NCBI GenBank assembly: GCA_937958015.1
Contig: CALGOA010000063.1
Span: 9,079-73,078 of the forward strand
Origin: an uncultured Acidimicrobiales bacterium
GTDB lineage: Bacteria > Actinomycetota > Acidimicrobiia > Acidimicrobiales > SZUA-35
Length of the DNA: 64,000 bases
Reading direction: 5' to 3'
Shown: positions 32,630-42,307 of the stretch, one piece after another
Position numbering within the stretch: position 1 is the first letter of the stretch
How the letters are laid out: each line of letters opens with the position of its first letter
Position numbers and translations under genes: made by a program
The notes under the pieces: model-generated
Told to the model about the DNA's origin: nothing
Database searches by the model: none
Seen by the model: the letters and a program-made list of their open reading frames with translations, nothing else

Positions 32630-33820
32630 ATGACGAACCTTGGATCGATTGGCCCTGACCTGCTGCAGGCAGCCCGTGACCTGCAAGAGGACACGATCGA
32701 GATGCGTCGGCTGGTGCACGCCGATCCAGAAATTGGACTGCAGCTCCCGGCCACACAGGCGAAGATTCTGGATGCCTTGACCGGACTGGGACTCGACATC
32801 ACTCTGGGCGAGTCAACGACGTCTGTGGTGGCTGACCTCGACACCGGGACTCCCGGCCCCACCGTGCTGCTCCGGGGCGATATGGACGCTCTGCCCCTCA
32901 CCGAGGACTTCGTCAGCGACTTCCAGTCCAAGAACCAAGGTGTGATGCACGCCTGCGGGCACGACACCCATGTCGCCATGCTGGCCAGTGCGGCCCGACT
33001 GCTCAGCGAAAACCGTGACAGCTTCACCGGGCGCATTCGGTTCATGTTCCAACCCGGTGAGGAGGGTTACCACGGAGCGCAATACATGATCGACGAAGGC
33101 GTGCTCGACGGCGTCGACCGGGCTTTCGCCATTCACGTTGTCACCAACATGCCCAACGGACTGCTGGCCACCAAAGGTGGACCGTTGTTGGCCAGCGCCG
33201 ACAAGTTCGAGGTGACCGTTCACGGCAAGGGGGGTCATGCCTCGGCCCCCCACGACTGCGTCGATCCGATTCCGCCGGCAGCTGCGATGGTCGGAGGGTT
33301 CCAAACCATCCTGACCAGGGACCTCGATCCTTCGCAGTCCGCGGTGTTGACCGTCGGGCACATCGAAGCTGGCACCACGAACAACATCATCCCGCCGTCG
33401 GCTTTTCTGGAGGGAACGATTCGAACATTCGACGAATCGGTACGGGCGAAGATCCACGAGGGGGTCCACCGCATCGCAGCGGGGACGGCGTCGAACCACC
33501 GTTGCACCTGCACCTCGAACATCATCCCCGGCTATCCGGTAACCATCAACGATCAGGCCCAGGCCGAGCTGACCGCCGAGGTTGCCTCGAAGCTCGTGGG
33601 AGCCGATGGCTTCCTGATGGCGGAGGAGCCCGCATTCGCAGCCGAGGACTTCAGCTATGTGCTCCAGCAGGTTCCGGGTGCAATGGCGATGCTCGGCGTC
33701 TGTCCCGACGATGTCAGTCCAGCCGAGGCGGAGCCGAATCACTCGAACCTCATGCAGGTCAACGAGTCGGCGCTCTACAACGGTGTCGGCCTCTATGCAG
33801 CCATGGCGATGGCGGGTTAG
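32630..33820 (+). CDS. M20-family amidohydrolase (N-acyl-L-amino acid amidohydrolase/hippurate hydrolase type)
   Basis: Start moved to ATG at 32630. RRLVHADPEIG, GDMDALP, HACGHDTH and FQPGEEG are classic M20D motifs. Confidence 0.9.
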   Translation: MTNLGSIGPDLLQAARDLQEDTIEMRRLVHADPEIGLQLPATQAKILDALTGLGLDITLGESTTSVVADLDTGTPGPTVLLRGDMDALPLTEDFVSDFQSKNQGVMHACGHDTHVAMLASAARLLSENRDSFTGRIRFMFQPGEEGYHGAQYMIDEGVLDGVDRAFAIHVVTNMPNGLLATKGGPLLASADKFEVTVHGKGGHASAPHDCVDPIPPAAAMVGGFQTILTRDLDPSQSAVLTVGHIEAGTTNNIIPPSAFLEGTIRTFDESVRAKIHEGVHRIAAGTASNHRCTCTSNIIPGYPVTINDQAQAELTAEVASKLVGADGFLMAEEPAFAAEDFSYVLQQVPGAMAMLGVCPDDVSPAEAEPNHSNLMQVNESALYNGVGLYAAMAMAG

Positions 33821-35247
33821 GCCGGGCCCGCTTCCGGAAGCTCGATTCGAAACCGTGCGCCGCCCAGCGGCGAATCGCCGATTTCGATCGTGCCACCGTG
33901 GCTGTCCACGATCGATTTCGCAATTGCGAGACCGAGACCTGAGCCTCCGGTGGTTCGATGGCGGGAGGGATCCAGTCGGCTGAAACGATCGAACACGACC
34001 TTGCGCTGGTCGATCGGAATCCCGGGTCCATCATCTTCGACGATGAGGACAACCGCACCGTCGGATTCGTTGCGGTGACATGCCACCGAGATCGTGCTGC
34101 CTCCGTGGCGGTGGGCGTTGTCGATGAGGTTGCGGACCACTCGACCAAGGCGGCCCGGGTCACCGATCATCCGGACCGGCGTGATGTCCAAAGTTCGGAT
34201 GGTGGCCGGATGCAGTCGGGCCTCGGAGCGAAGAATGTCATCGAGGTCGACCTCCACTCGCTGAGGCTGCACCTCTCCGTAGCGCGAGAGATCCAGCAGA
34301 TCCTGGATCAACCCGCTCATGCGTCGGCCATGTTCAAGGACCAGACCGTTCGCCCGCTCCAGCCGTTCGGGATGACCCGATGCGAGTTCGGCTTCGCCCA
34401 GGAGGACCGTCAGTGGACTCTGCAGTTCATGGGAGGCGTCAGAGACAAACTGCTTCTGGGCCTGTGCGCCACGGTCGAGCCGGGACAACATGTGGTTGAG
34501 CGTCGTGGCGAGGCGATCGATCTCGTCGTTGGTGCCCGGAGCTTCCAACCGTTCATGCAACGTGTCCGCGCTGATGGCGCTCGCTTTGGCTGTCATCTCG
34601 TCGACCGGTCGTAGGACGCGGCCCGTCACCAACCAGACGAGTCCGCCGAATATCGCCGTGAGCAGCGGGATGATCAGCCAGAGGACCGAGCGCACCTGGT
34701 CGACGTTTCGATCCACGAGGTTGAGCGGGGACAACGCCTGCACCGCATAGGAGGTGCCGTCGGGGGCGATCGCGGGCCGTTCGGTCACCTCCCACGGCTG
34801 GTCTAGGAAGAAGTCTGTGAGGATCTCGTCGTCGAAGATCGGCTCCACGCTCGATGAGGTGGCCAGAACGCCATCACCGGGCACCACGAATTCGGACCCA
34901 TCTGGTCCGACGACGATGTCGCCGGGTTGGAAGAATGCGCCATCGAACTCCACCACCTCGGTCGTGAAAAAGTCGACCTGCACGATCGATGCGTTGATGA
35001 ACGATCCGTCGGAGGTCAAGATCGCGAACTCGGTGCTGTCCGAACCCAGCGGCATCGAGAATCGGCGGGGATCCTCGCCTTCCTCGATCATGGCCACGAT
35101 GTCGCTCAGGGTGTTTTCGTTCTGCTCGGCCAGTTCGAGTCGGACCTCGCGTCCGACGAGCGTGACGATCACGATCGACGCCAACGCAAGAACGGTGGCC
35201 AGAATGATGGTGGCGGCCGCGGTGATTCGGGCCCGGAGGCTCCTCAT
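33817..35247 (-). CDS. two-component sensor histidine kinase
   Basis: Two TM segments flank a periplasmic domain, followed by a HAMP region, the H-box SHELQSPLT, and N/G boxes (NLIDNAHRH, DDGPGI, GGSGLGLAI). Confidence 0.9.
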   Translation of the reverse strand: MRSLRARITAAATIILATVLALASIVIVTLVGREVRLELAEQNENTLSDIVAMIEEGEDPRRFSMPLGSDSTEFAILTSDGSFINASIVQVDFFTTEVVEFDGAFFQPGDIVVGPDGSEFVVPGDGVLATSSSVEPIFDDEILTDFFLDQPWEVTERPAIAPDGTSYAVQALSPLNLVDRNVDQVRSVLWLIIPLLTAIFGGLVWLVTGRVLRPVDEMTAKASAISADTLHERLEAPGTNDEIDRLATTLNHMLSRLDRGAQAQKQFVSDASHELQSPLTVLLGEAELASGHPERLERANGLVLEHGRRMSGLIQDLLDLSRYGEVQPQRVEVDLDDILRSEARLHPATIRTLDITPVRMIGDPGRLGRVVRNLIDNAHRHGGSTISVACHRNESDGAVVLIVEDDGPGIPIDQRKVVFDRFSRLDPSRHRTTGGSGLGLAIAKSIVDSHGGTIEIGDSPLGGARFRIELPEAGPA

Positions 35248-35969
35248 TCGCGCACCCTGAAACCAACTCCGCGAAGATTCTCAATCTGGTCTGAGCCCAA
35301 TTTCTTTCGCAGGTATCCCACGTACACGTCGACCACATTGGGGTCACCGTCGAAGTCCATTCCCCACACCTGTCGGACCAACTCGTCCCGGGAGAGCGGG
35401 CGATCCTCGGCCTTCAGAAGTGTCTCGAGCAACGTGGCCTCCCGAGTCGTGAGCGCCGTCTCTACCCCGTCCTTCGCACATCGTCGGGAGGTCGTATCGA
35501 ACGTGATCGAACCTCTCGCAAGAACCGAAGATCGTCGCACCGCGGGGGTTCGGCGCATGAGCGCTCGCAGGCGGGAAACGAGTACGGCGGTCGAGAACGG
35601 TTTGCGCAGATAGTCATCCGCACCCAGGTCGAGTCCGTCGGCTTCGTCAAACTCGCCGGCTTTCGCGGTCAGCATCAGTATCGGAATCATGCTCGACTCG
35701 GCCCGCAACGTGCGACAGACCTCGTAGCCGTTCATGCCCGGCATCAGGATGTCGAGGACTACTGCCGCATAGTTCGACTCTCGGGCCATCCACAACCCGT
35801 CGAGTCCATTGGCAGCTCGGTCCGATTCGATTCCGGCGTCCCGAAGCGTCTGCTGAACCAGTTCCGCGATGGCGTCGTCATCTTCCACCACCAGAACGCG
35901 CGAGCTTTCGATCCCGGACGCGCCCGAGTCGACGTGGGGCGTAGCGACGGTTTTCGGAGTGGGTTTCAT
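35244..35969 (-). CDS. OmpR-family response regulator
   Basis: Receiver motifs VLVVEDDD, DILMPGMNG and LTAK. The C-terminal winged-helix region ends in RGVGFRV. 4-nt overlap with the kinase gene. Confidence 0.9.
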   Translation of the reverse strand: MKPTPKTVATPHVDSGASGIESSRVLVVEDDDAIAELVQQTLRDAGIESDRAANGLDGLWMARESNYAAVVLDILMPGMNGYEVCRTLRAESSMIPILMLTAKAGEFDEADGLDLGADDYLRKPFSTAVLVSRLRALMRRTPAVRRSSVLARGSITFDTTSRRCAKDGVETALTTREATLLETLLKAEDRPLSRDELVRQVWGMDFDGDPNVVDVYVGYLRKKLGSDQIENLRGVGFRVRE

Positions 35970-36141
35970 GATCGAGTGTTGGCGTTCCTATCGGCGGCGG
36001 CAACGGGGCTATGAAACCAGCTCGACGGTAAGAGAGGCCTAAGAACTCTCCGTTGCTGAGGCTTCGCCGTGTATGGCAGTTGAGAGTCGGTCCGCAGAAT
36101 CGGGTTTTCGCCGCAAACACGGGTCGACTACGTTCGCCCCT

Positions 36142-37230
36142 ATGACAAGGGCGAGCGCAGTTCTCGTGGCAGCGACGATTCTGGTAGCGGGTTGCTCCGG
36201 GGGCTCCGAGCCCGAGGGGGCCGATACGACCGTGGCCCCGTCCTCGTCCACCACCGAAGCCTCCACCACAACGACCACGGCCCCAACAACCACCACGACG
36301 ACCGAGGCCACCACCACGACCGTCGCGTTTGCGTTCCCCGATGATCCGGGCCGGATGATCGCTGCAGTGCAGTTGACCGGGGCCGAGTTCGGCGCCGATT
36401 ACATCGAGAGCGACAATGACGACCCCGATGATGAGCCTCTCTGTGACGGTGTCGACTCGTTGAACACCCAGTTCCCTCCCCAACTCGATGACCAAAAGGT
36501 CTTCGAAGGTGACCATCTGTTCTTCTCCAACGTTGGCGTGTACCCCACCGCAGCCGACGCCGACGCGGCATTCGACTACCTCCGCACCGCCTACGAACGA
36601 TGCAACGAGGGGATTCGGATCGAGGACGGACAGGAGATCCTGCTGGCTGCGATTCCCTTCAGCCCGCCCTCCATTCTGGGGGCCGACCGTCTGACGGGCC
36701 TGGCCCTGGACCAGACCACCCCCGATGTTGCCGTTCTGGTTCAGACCCGTCTGATCACGGTAGATCGGCTATTGATCTTCGTCGGTGGATCTGATCCCGA
36801 CGTTGTACAGCAGATGGCGGAGGCGGTGGTTGCCCGCACGCGTGAACCGGCGGAACCCGAGAGCTTCGCCCCGGTCGGAAGTCTGAACGTGGGCCCCGGC
36901 TACACGAATCCTGCGTACTACAGCTTCGCCGAGGGCCCGGACCAGCTCCGGGCTCTGGGGTTGAGCGAGGCGTCGCTGATGTGGCTCAATACCAACTCGC
37001 TGGAACGTGTCGATGAGGTGGCCAGCAGCAGTTGTGTCGCCACCCAGCAGTTGACCCCGGGGGACTCGGGAGCATTGGTCGATGAGATCATTCTGGGCGT
37101 CTTCAGCGCCGAGGATCGGGCCACGTATCCGCCGGAGGCGCTCGGCGAGGTATACGGAGCTGCGAACGGGATCTATTGTCCTGGGCTTTCGGAGTATCTC
37201 ACGGAGGTCATCGACGCCATTCCGGGGTAG
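36142..37230 (+). CDS. hypothetical lipoprotein with Thr-rich linker
   Basis: Start moved to ATG at 36142 (MTRASAVLVAATILVAGC lipobox), followed by a TTEASTTTTTAPTTTTTTEATTTT linker. No enzymatic motif recognised. Confidence 0.6.
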   Translation: MTRASAVLVAATILVAGCSGGSEPEGADTTVAPSSSTTEASTTTTTAPTTTTTTEATTTTVAFAFPDDPGRMIAAVQLTGAEFGADYIESDNDDPDDEPLCDGVDSLNTQFPPQLDDQKVFEGDHLFFSNVGVYPTAADADAAFDYLRTAYERCNEGIRIEDGQEILLAAIPFSPPSILGADRLTGLALDQTTPDVAVLVQTRLITVDRLLIFVGGSDPDVVQQMAEAVVARTREPAEPESFAPVGSLNVGPGYTNPAYYSFAEGPDQLRALGLSEASLMWLNTNSLERVDEVASSSCVATQQLTPGDSGALVDEIILGVFSAEDRATYPPEALGEVYGAANGIYCPGLSEYLTEVIDAIPG

Positions 37231-37256
37231 GTAGCTCGCCGACCGCGGCCTATAGG

Positions 37257-37784
37257 GTGGCGTCCGTGGCTACCCCTCCTCCTGAATCAGAGCGCGAAAT
37301 ACTCGACTGGGCGACCTACGGCGTCGCCATCCGAGAGTTGGCGGGCCAGGTGGCCGACGATGGTTTCCGGCCCGACATGATACTGGCGATCGCCCGCGGC
37401 GGTCTCTTTGCGGCCGGTTCGCTCGGTTATGCGCTCTCGGTCAAGAATCTGTATGTCATGAACCTCGAGTTCTATGCCGGTGTGGATGAACGGCTCGATA
37501 TGCCGGTCATGCTGCCGCCGTACATGGACAAGGTCGATCTCACCGGTGCCCGGGTTCTTGTTGCGGACGACGTGGCCGACACCGGACACACGCTGAAGGC
37601 GGTCCATGAGTTCTGTCAGGACGTGGTGGCCGAGTCCCGAACTGCGGTGTTATACGAGAAGCCCCACTCGTTGGTGAAGTGTGACTACGTGTGGAAACGA
37701 ACCGGTCGTTGGATCAACTTCCCTTGGTCGACCGAACCGCCTTTGGCTGCCCCCGGTGGCGGTGGCATCGTCCTCGACGCCTGA
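37257..37784 (+). CDS. purine phosphoribosyltransferase (XGPRT/HGPRT-like)
   Basis: In-frame GTG at 37257, after the upstream stop at 37230. PRPP-binding loop VLVADDVADTGHTL, then WINFPW near the C-terminus. Confidence 0.8.
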   Translation: MASVATPPPESEREILDWATYGVAIRELAGQVADDGFRPDMILAIARGGLFAAGSLGYALSVKNLYVMNLEFYAGVDERLDMPVMLPPYMDKVDLTGARVLVADDVADTGHTLKAVHEFCQDVVAESRTAVLYEKPHSLVKCDYVWKRTGRWINFPWSTEPPLAAPGGGGIVLDA

Positions 37785-37787
37785 CCG

Positions 37788-38600
37788 GTGATCACCGCCC
37801 AACTCGAATCGGCGACCTCGGAGCTGGGGCTCTCGGTCGTCATCGCAAGTTTGGTGTTGGTCGCCCTTTCGATTGCCCTCGCCCAATGGCTGCGACTGGG
37901 CGTCACCCGGGACATTGTCGTTTCTGCGCTGCGAGCGGCGGTGCAGCTACTGGCGGTCGGGGTCATCCTCACCAGCCTCTTCACCTCACGGTGGGCGACC
38001 GCGGCATCGATCCTGTGGGTTGGAGTGATGATCGCAATCGCAACGTTCGTCATCGGGCGCCGGGCCAAGTCCCCGTCTCGGGCCCTGTACGGGGTGGCGG
38101 GGGTAACCGTGGCCCTCTCGACGGTACTGAGCCTTCTCGTGGTCTTTGTCAGTGGTGTCTTCGACCTGTCACCGGTTGCGACCGTGGTGATGGCCGGCAT
38201 CACGATCGGCAATGCGATGCCCTCAGCGGTACTCGGGGTGAATCAGGCGGTCGCGGCCAATCGCAATGGCAAGAACCAGTTGGAAGCGTTGCTGTCGCTG
38301 GGCATGACCCGGTCCCAAGTCGTCCGTTTCATGGCTCCTACGCCGGCTCGTAGTGCCCTGGTGCCTCAGATCGAGCGCACCAAGGTCGTTGGACTGATCG
38401 CTCTGCCCGGTGCGATGACGGGCCTCCTGTTGGCCGGTGTGGATCCGCTTGATGCCGTACTGATTCAGATCCTGGTGATGTACCTGGTCCTCGGAGCTAC
38501 CGCGTTGTGTGCTCTGGTGACGGTCGCTGCGGTAAGCCGCAGTGCGGTCACCGACGGTCTTGTGGTTGCCGATTGGGTGAGCGGACAGGATCCCGCCTGA
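37788..38600 (+). CDS. FetB/YbbM-family (UPF0014) ABC-type permease
   Basis: C-terminal segment GLIALPGAMTGLLLAGVDPLDAVLIQILVMY closely resembles E. coli FetB GLVSLPGMMSGLIFAGIDPVKAIKYQIMV (recalled from memory). 270 aa, multi-TM. Confidence 0.75.
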   Translation: MITAQLESATSELGLSVVIASLVLVALSIALAQWLRLGVTRDIVVSALRAAVQLLAVGVILTSLFTSRWATAASILWVGVMIAIATFVIGRRAKSPSRALYGVAGVTVALSTVLSLLVVFVSGVFDLSPVATVVMAGITIGNAMPSAVLGVNQAVAANRNGKNQLEALLSLGMTRSQVVRFMAPTPARSALVPQIERTKVVGLIALPGAMTGLLLAGVDPLDAVLIQILVMYLVLGATALCALVTVAAVSRSAVTDGLVVADWVSGQDPA

Positions 38601-38603
38601 GGT

Positions 38604-38660
38604 GGGCCCGAAAACGGTTGGGGCCCGACCCCAGCCGCCGAAGCGGTCGGGATCGGGCCC
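38604..38660. terminator. GC-rich hairpins between convergent genes
   Basis: GGGCCC-11 nt-GGGCCC (38604-38626) and CCCGACC-14 nt-GGTCGGG (38624-38651). There is no clear U-tract. Confidence 0.4.
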
Positions 38661-38679
38661 AAAGTATTCCTGGCCGGAA

Positions 38680-39096
38680 TCAGGCGAGGTCGAGTCCCTC
38701 GGTCGCTGCCATTCCAGCCTCGCGAATTCGTTCTCGCTCAGCGTTTCGTTCCCGTCGCTCCGCCGTCCGCCTCTTCCAGGCTTTCACCTTCCAGTGTCGT
38801 TTCGGCTTCCTCTTGGGGGCGGTACGTGGAGGCTTGTCGAACTTAGGCCGGCTGAATACAGCGCCCTCGGGATCCTCCACGGTATGTAGCTCCTGATGGA
38901 GCTGGTGCCGTACCTTCCGGTGCTCCTTGGCTCGGACTGTTTTGTCCGGCCGGAGTTCGACCTCGTCGATCTTCTCCGGTGTCAAGAGGCTTCCGTCCTT
39001 GCGGTGACGTGCACTCACGTTGGCTGGCTCCTTCCCGTCCGGACAGCGCCGGACAATCGGTCCTGGACGCTGGCATTCAGCGCCAGGATTCACCAC
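38680..39096 (-). CDS. highly basic hypothetical protein
   Basis: 138 aa ORF, Lys/Arg-rich (PKRKPKRHWKVKAWKRRTAERRERNAERER). No motif recognised, and the start is uncertain. Confidence 0.4.
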   Translation of the reverse strand: MVNPGAECQRPGPIVRRCPDGKEPANVSARHRKDGSLLTPEKIDEVELRPDKTVRAKEHRKVRHQLHQELHTVEDPEGAVFSRPKFDKPPRTAPKRKPKRHWKVKAWKRRTAERRERNAERERIREAGMAATEGLDLA

Positions 39097-39231
39097 GAGT
39101 TAGCTATCACTAACCCGTAGTTCACTTTCTCACATTGGGATCTCAATGTCCATGAGCCTCCCGAACCAATTCGTGACCGACGTCATATGTCCTGCTCAAG
39201 CGTGTCCAAGCACTTCGGTTGCTGACCGGTC

Positions 39232-40716
39232 CTATCGGTCGAGTTGCACCGCGAACGTATTCACCGCGGTCCCGGACCCGAAATCGGTGCTGAACAACAC
39301 GTACCGGCCGAGTGGATCGAGGGCGATGAAGGGTGTGGACCCCCACTCGAAACCAAAGCCGAGGTCGAAGGACATTCGGTGTCGACCCAGGCGATAGATG
39401 GTCACGTCCGGCCCGGTGTCGACAAGCAGAATCTCTCCCTGATACGGCGCCCCAGCTCCCGAATCCGCCGCCCGGGTGACCGCAGCCACCACACCCGCGG
39501 ACAACGTGGTGGACAACTGGCCGTTGCCCACCGCCTGGGAACCGGTCGAATCGTCGAGCAACGATCGGCGGTCCCCGGTGACCAGGTCAAAGGCGATCAC
39601 CAGTCCATTGCTCTCGCGATCACCGGTCAGCGTCACAAGGGCGAGTGGGTGAGCGTCCGCGCCTCCGATCGTGACTGCCTGCGCGTCAGCCCGGACGATG
39701 ATCGGGTCCTGGGGCGTTGGTTGAAGGTCGCCGTCCAGAACCCGGATGGCGGTGTCGGTGATGGCGGCGAACAGCGTGCCATCAGGCGAGGCCGAGGTTG
39801 GGGCCGTTTCGCCCTGATCGACGAGTTCGCTGATGACGACCTCCCCGGTGAGGAGGTTGTAGGTCATCCAATGTTCGCCGTCCGCCTGCGTGCACAGGAG
39901 GCCCATCACCCCGGTGCCGTTGGCCGTGGAGCCGATGCCGCGACCCTGCCCGATTCGGTCACAGGCCTCGAAGGTCTCGGCTACTCGTCGAGCGCCGGTC
40001 CGTACGTCCAGTTCGATGAGCCGGTTGCTTTCACCACCGTCCCAGTCGCTGAAGTAGATCAGTGACTCTTGGGTCGGATGCCACGAGAAGTTGTAGACGT
40101 CGTCGCTGACGATCGACAGCTCGCGAAGGGGCGCGAGGGTGTTCCCGTCGTACAGCTCGTGGCCTTCACCCTGCTGGTACAAGATGACCAGCGAACCGCT
40201 GGGGTTGAAGGTCTGCGACGTGGAATAGACAGGCGTAATCGTCCCGCCCACCGGTGCGTCGGTCACCTGAACTATCGAGGTGCCAAAGTCGGGTTCGGTC
40301 CACTCGGTCCCGGGCCCCGCCGGCAACGACGAGGATGTGGTCTCGGTCAGAGCCACCGGATCGCCGTGTTGAACGGCGTTCTGCAGATCGAGGGGCATCG
40401 GAGGTGGGAGGGTGAGTTCGCTGACCGGCCCGCCATCGGCGCCGTCAGACGTGCCGGTCGTTGAAGTGGCGTTGGTCGTTGAGGTGGTGATGGTGGTTTC
40501 GGGCGGCGCGACGGCCTCGAGATCCTCGTTCCCGCCGTCCTGTAGCAGGGTGCGCAGGCCGAAAACACCGGCGATCGCCAATACGGCAACGGCGATACCA
40601 GCTGCGAATGGACCGACGGAGGAGGACCGCGGCGTGAACTCGGGTGGCGTGAGATTGTCGGTCTCGACCCTCAGGTCCTGCGCCGCCGAACGCAGCACAT
40701 CATCGAAGTCATCCAT
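39232..40716 (-). CDS. single-pass membrane protein with extracytoplasmic beta-propeller-like domain, co-transcribed with ECF sigma (putative cognate regulator)
   Basis: 8-nt overlap with the sigma gene. Short cytoplasmic N-terminus, TM helix (FAAGIAVAVLAIAGVFGL), Thr-rich linker, then repeated strand-rich segments resembling TolB/WD40-like propellers. No zf-HC2 anti-sigma motif was seen. Confidence 0.65.
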   Translation of the reverse strand: MDDFDDVLRSAAQDLRVETDNLTPPEFTPRSSSVGPFAAGIAVAVLAIAGVFGLRTLLQDGGNEDLEAVAPPETTITTSTTNATSTTGTSDGADGGPVSELTLPPPMPLDLQNAVQHGDPVALTETTSSSLPAGPGTEWTEPDFGTSIVQVTDAPVGGTITPVYSTSQTFNPSGSLVILYQQGEGHELYDGNTLAPLRELSIVSDDVYNFSWHPTQESLIYFSDWDGGESNRLIELDVRTGARRVAETFEACDRIGQGRGIGSTANGTGVMGLLCTQADGEHWMTYNLLTGEVVISELVDQGETAPTSASPDGTLFAAITDTAIRVLDGDLQPTPQDPIIVRADAQAVTIGGADAHPLALVTLTGDRESNGLVIAFDLVTGDRRSLLDDSTGSQAVGNGQLSTTLSAGVVAAVTRAADSGAGAPYQGEILLVDTGPDVTIYRLGRHRMSFDLGFGFEWGSTPFIALDPLGRYVLFSTDFGSGTAVNTFAVQLDR

Positions 40717-41287
40717 CGAGCGTCCCCCTTTCCGGCATGATCTCGCTCAGTTTCGCCCGACCCCGCTTGAGGTGGGTTTTCACCGATTCTTCTCCGACCT
40801 CCAGGATCGTGGCGATCTGGGCGATCGTGAGGTCCTCCCAGTAGTGGAGGGTGATGGCCTGAGCCTGCCGTTTGGGAAGTGCCCTGACCGCCTCCCACAC
40901 GGCGCTGGAGCGATCGGGGAGTCGGATGTCGGCCTCTGGTTCGACCCGACGGGCGCGCACCTTGGTGATCATGCGGGCCTCGCTCATGAGGCGACGACCC
41001 CGGGAGTGGCATTTGTTCACCAGTACCCGTCGGATCCATGCTTCGGGGTAGTCGTACCCGGTCACTTCGCTCCAGCGGCGATGAGCCTCGGTGAAGGCAT
41101 CGTGCACCATGTCCTCGGCCACCATGCGGTTGCCCGTCAGGGCATAGGCGAGGCCCACCAGTCGCGAGTACTGCTGGGTGTAGAAGTCGTCGAAGACGAG
41201 GTTGGCCCGGACCGGAACGTCGTCCGGTGGGGAATCGTGGAGTATTCGGCGTTGCATGGAGTGCCGCCGAGCGTACGTAGCCGTCAA
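40709..41287 (-). CDS. ECF-type RNA polymerase sigma-70 factor
   Basis: Region 2 (FDDFYTQQYSRLVGLAYALTGNRMVAEDMVHDAF) and region 4 (LPKRQAQAITLHYWEDLTIAQIATILEVGEESVKTHLKRG). Confidence 0.9.
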   Translation of the reverse strand: MTATYARRHSMQRRILHDSPPDDVPVRANLVFDDFYTQQYSRLVGLAYALTGNRMVAEDMVHDAFTEAHRRWSEVTGYDYPEAWIRRVLVNKCHSRGRRLMSEARMITKVRARRVEPEADIRLPDRSSAVWEAVRALPKRQAQAITLHYWEDLTIAQIATILEVGEESVKTHLKRGRAKLSEIMPERGTLDG

Positions 41288-41366
41288 ACCAATGTCCCAT
41301 TCCGGTCCCGCATATCTGCTTGAACGATCCAGCGTGACGACGCGGGGGACAGGTTCGCTCAGATTT

Positions 41367-42293
41367 CTACTCCGCCACCGGTCCGGTCCGGTACCGCCCG
41401 CGAACTTCGACCGGCTCGAGGGTGGGGACCGTCAACGTTCCGGCGTCGAGATCGAGTGTGTCGAACGCCGGATGGGCGTGTAGCAACGAACGAACCCGGT
41501 CCAGATCAACCGGCGCAGGGTCTCGGCGTTTCTGGCAGTTGGGACAGACGCCCAGGCGCCGTTGCCACGGGGATTGTTTTCCCGAGTACCGCTCCACCCT
41601 CGAGCCACAGATCAGACAGCGCCGCCGGGCCGAGGGCAGAATCCACTGTTCCATTCTCTGGCGCGGTTGACCGGTGGTTCGCTGGGGCCCCAGCCTGGCG
41701 TTCGTCCGAATCAACGCCGCTCCGATCGCTACGACCCGGTGGATGTCCGGGATTGTGTCGACCGGCTGGAATGGTGTGATCCCACAGATGAACGGCGTCT
41801 CCACTGCGTAGATGTTGCCGAACCCGGCGATCAGCCGCTGGTTCAGCAGCGCCCCGCCCAGCGGAGCAGGTCCTGCGGACCGGAGCCGTTCGACCGCCTT
41901 CTCGTGGTCATAACGACCGCAGAGATCGGGACCGAGGTAGGCGAGAATTCGCTCCTCATCCTTGGTCTTGATGATGTCCAACTTGGGAACATCGATTCCA
42001 GTCACAACACCCGAGTCGAGGGTGAACTCGAACCGTCGACGCCACTGCGGCACGTCGTAGGCCGGTCGGAACGTCACCCGGCCCTGCATCAGCATGTGGG
42101 CGTGAAGGGTCCGACCATCGTCGAAGCGCACGAGGAGGTGTTTGCCTCGGGCGTCCGCGCTGAGGATCGTTCGCCCGTCGAAGGATGCGGTGGCGAGTCG
42201 GGGGTGGCGAAAGGTGGATTTCTTGATGACCGCGCCCTCGTGACGCTCCTGGAAGGCGGCCGCCATACGGCGGATGGTGTCTCCCTCAGGCAT
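41367..42293 (-). CDS. Fpg/Nei-family DNA glycosylase (endonuclease VIII-like)
   Basis: Start at ATG 42293 gives the canonical N-terminus MPEGDT. An H2TH region (LLNQRLIAGFGNIY) and a C-terminal C-x2-C...C-x2-C zinc finger are present. The upstream 143 codons of the track ORF were rejected. Confidence 0.85.
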   Translation of the reverse strand: MPEGDTIRRMAAAFQERHEGAVIKKSTFRHPRLATASFDGRTILSADARGKHLLVRFDDGRTLHAHMLMQGRVTFRPAYDVPQWRRRFEFTLDSGVVTGIDVPKLDIIKTKDEERILAYLGPDLCGRYDHEKAVERLRSAGPAPLGGALLNQRLIAGFGNIYAVETPFICGITPFQPVDTIPDIHRVVAIGAALIRTNARLGPQRTTGQPRQRMEQWILPSARRRCLICGSRVERYSGKQSPWQRRLGVCPNCQKRRDPAPVDLDRVRSLLHAHPAFDTLDLDAGTLTVPTLEPVEVRGRYRTGPVAE

Positions 42294-42307
42294 CGGAGAG
42301 GTTCGAC

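Noticed and set aside
37782-37790. The PRT gene and the FetB-like permease are in the same reading frame, separated by TGA-CCG. This was checked as a second possible Sec or readthrough site.
   Set aside because: The two proteins belong to unrelated complete families. No redox motif surrounds the TGA. No hairpin with a G-rich loop lies at the SECIS spacing (nt 16-30 after the UGA read CGCCCAACTCGAATC). The shared frame is expected by chance one time in three.
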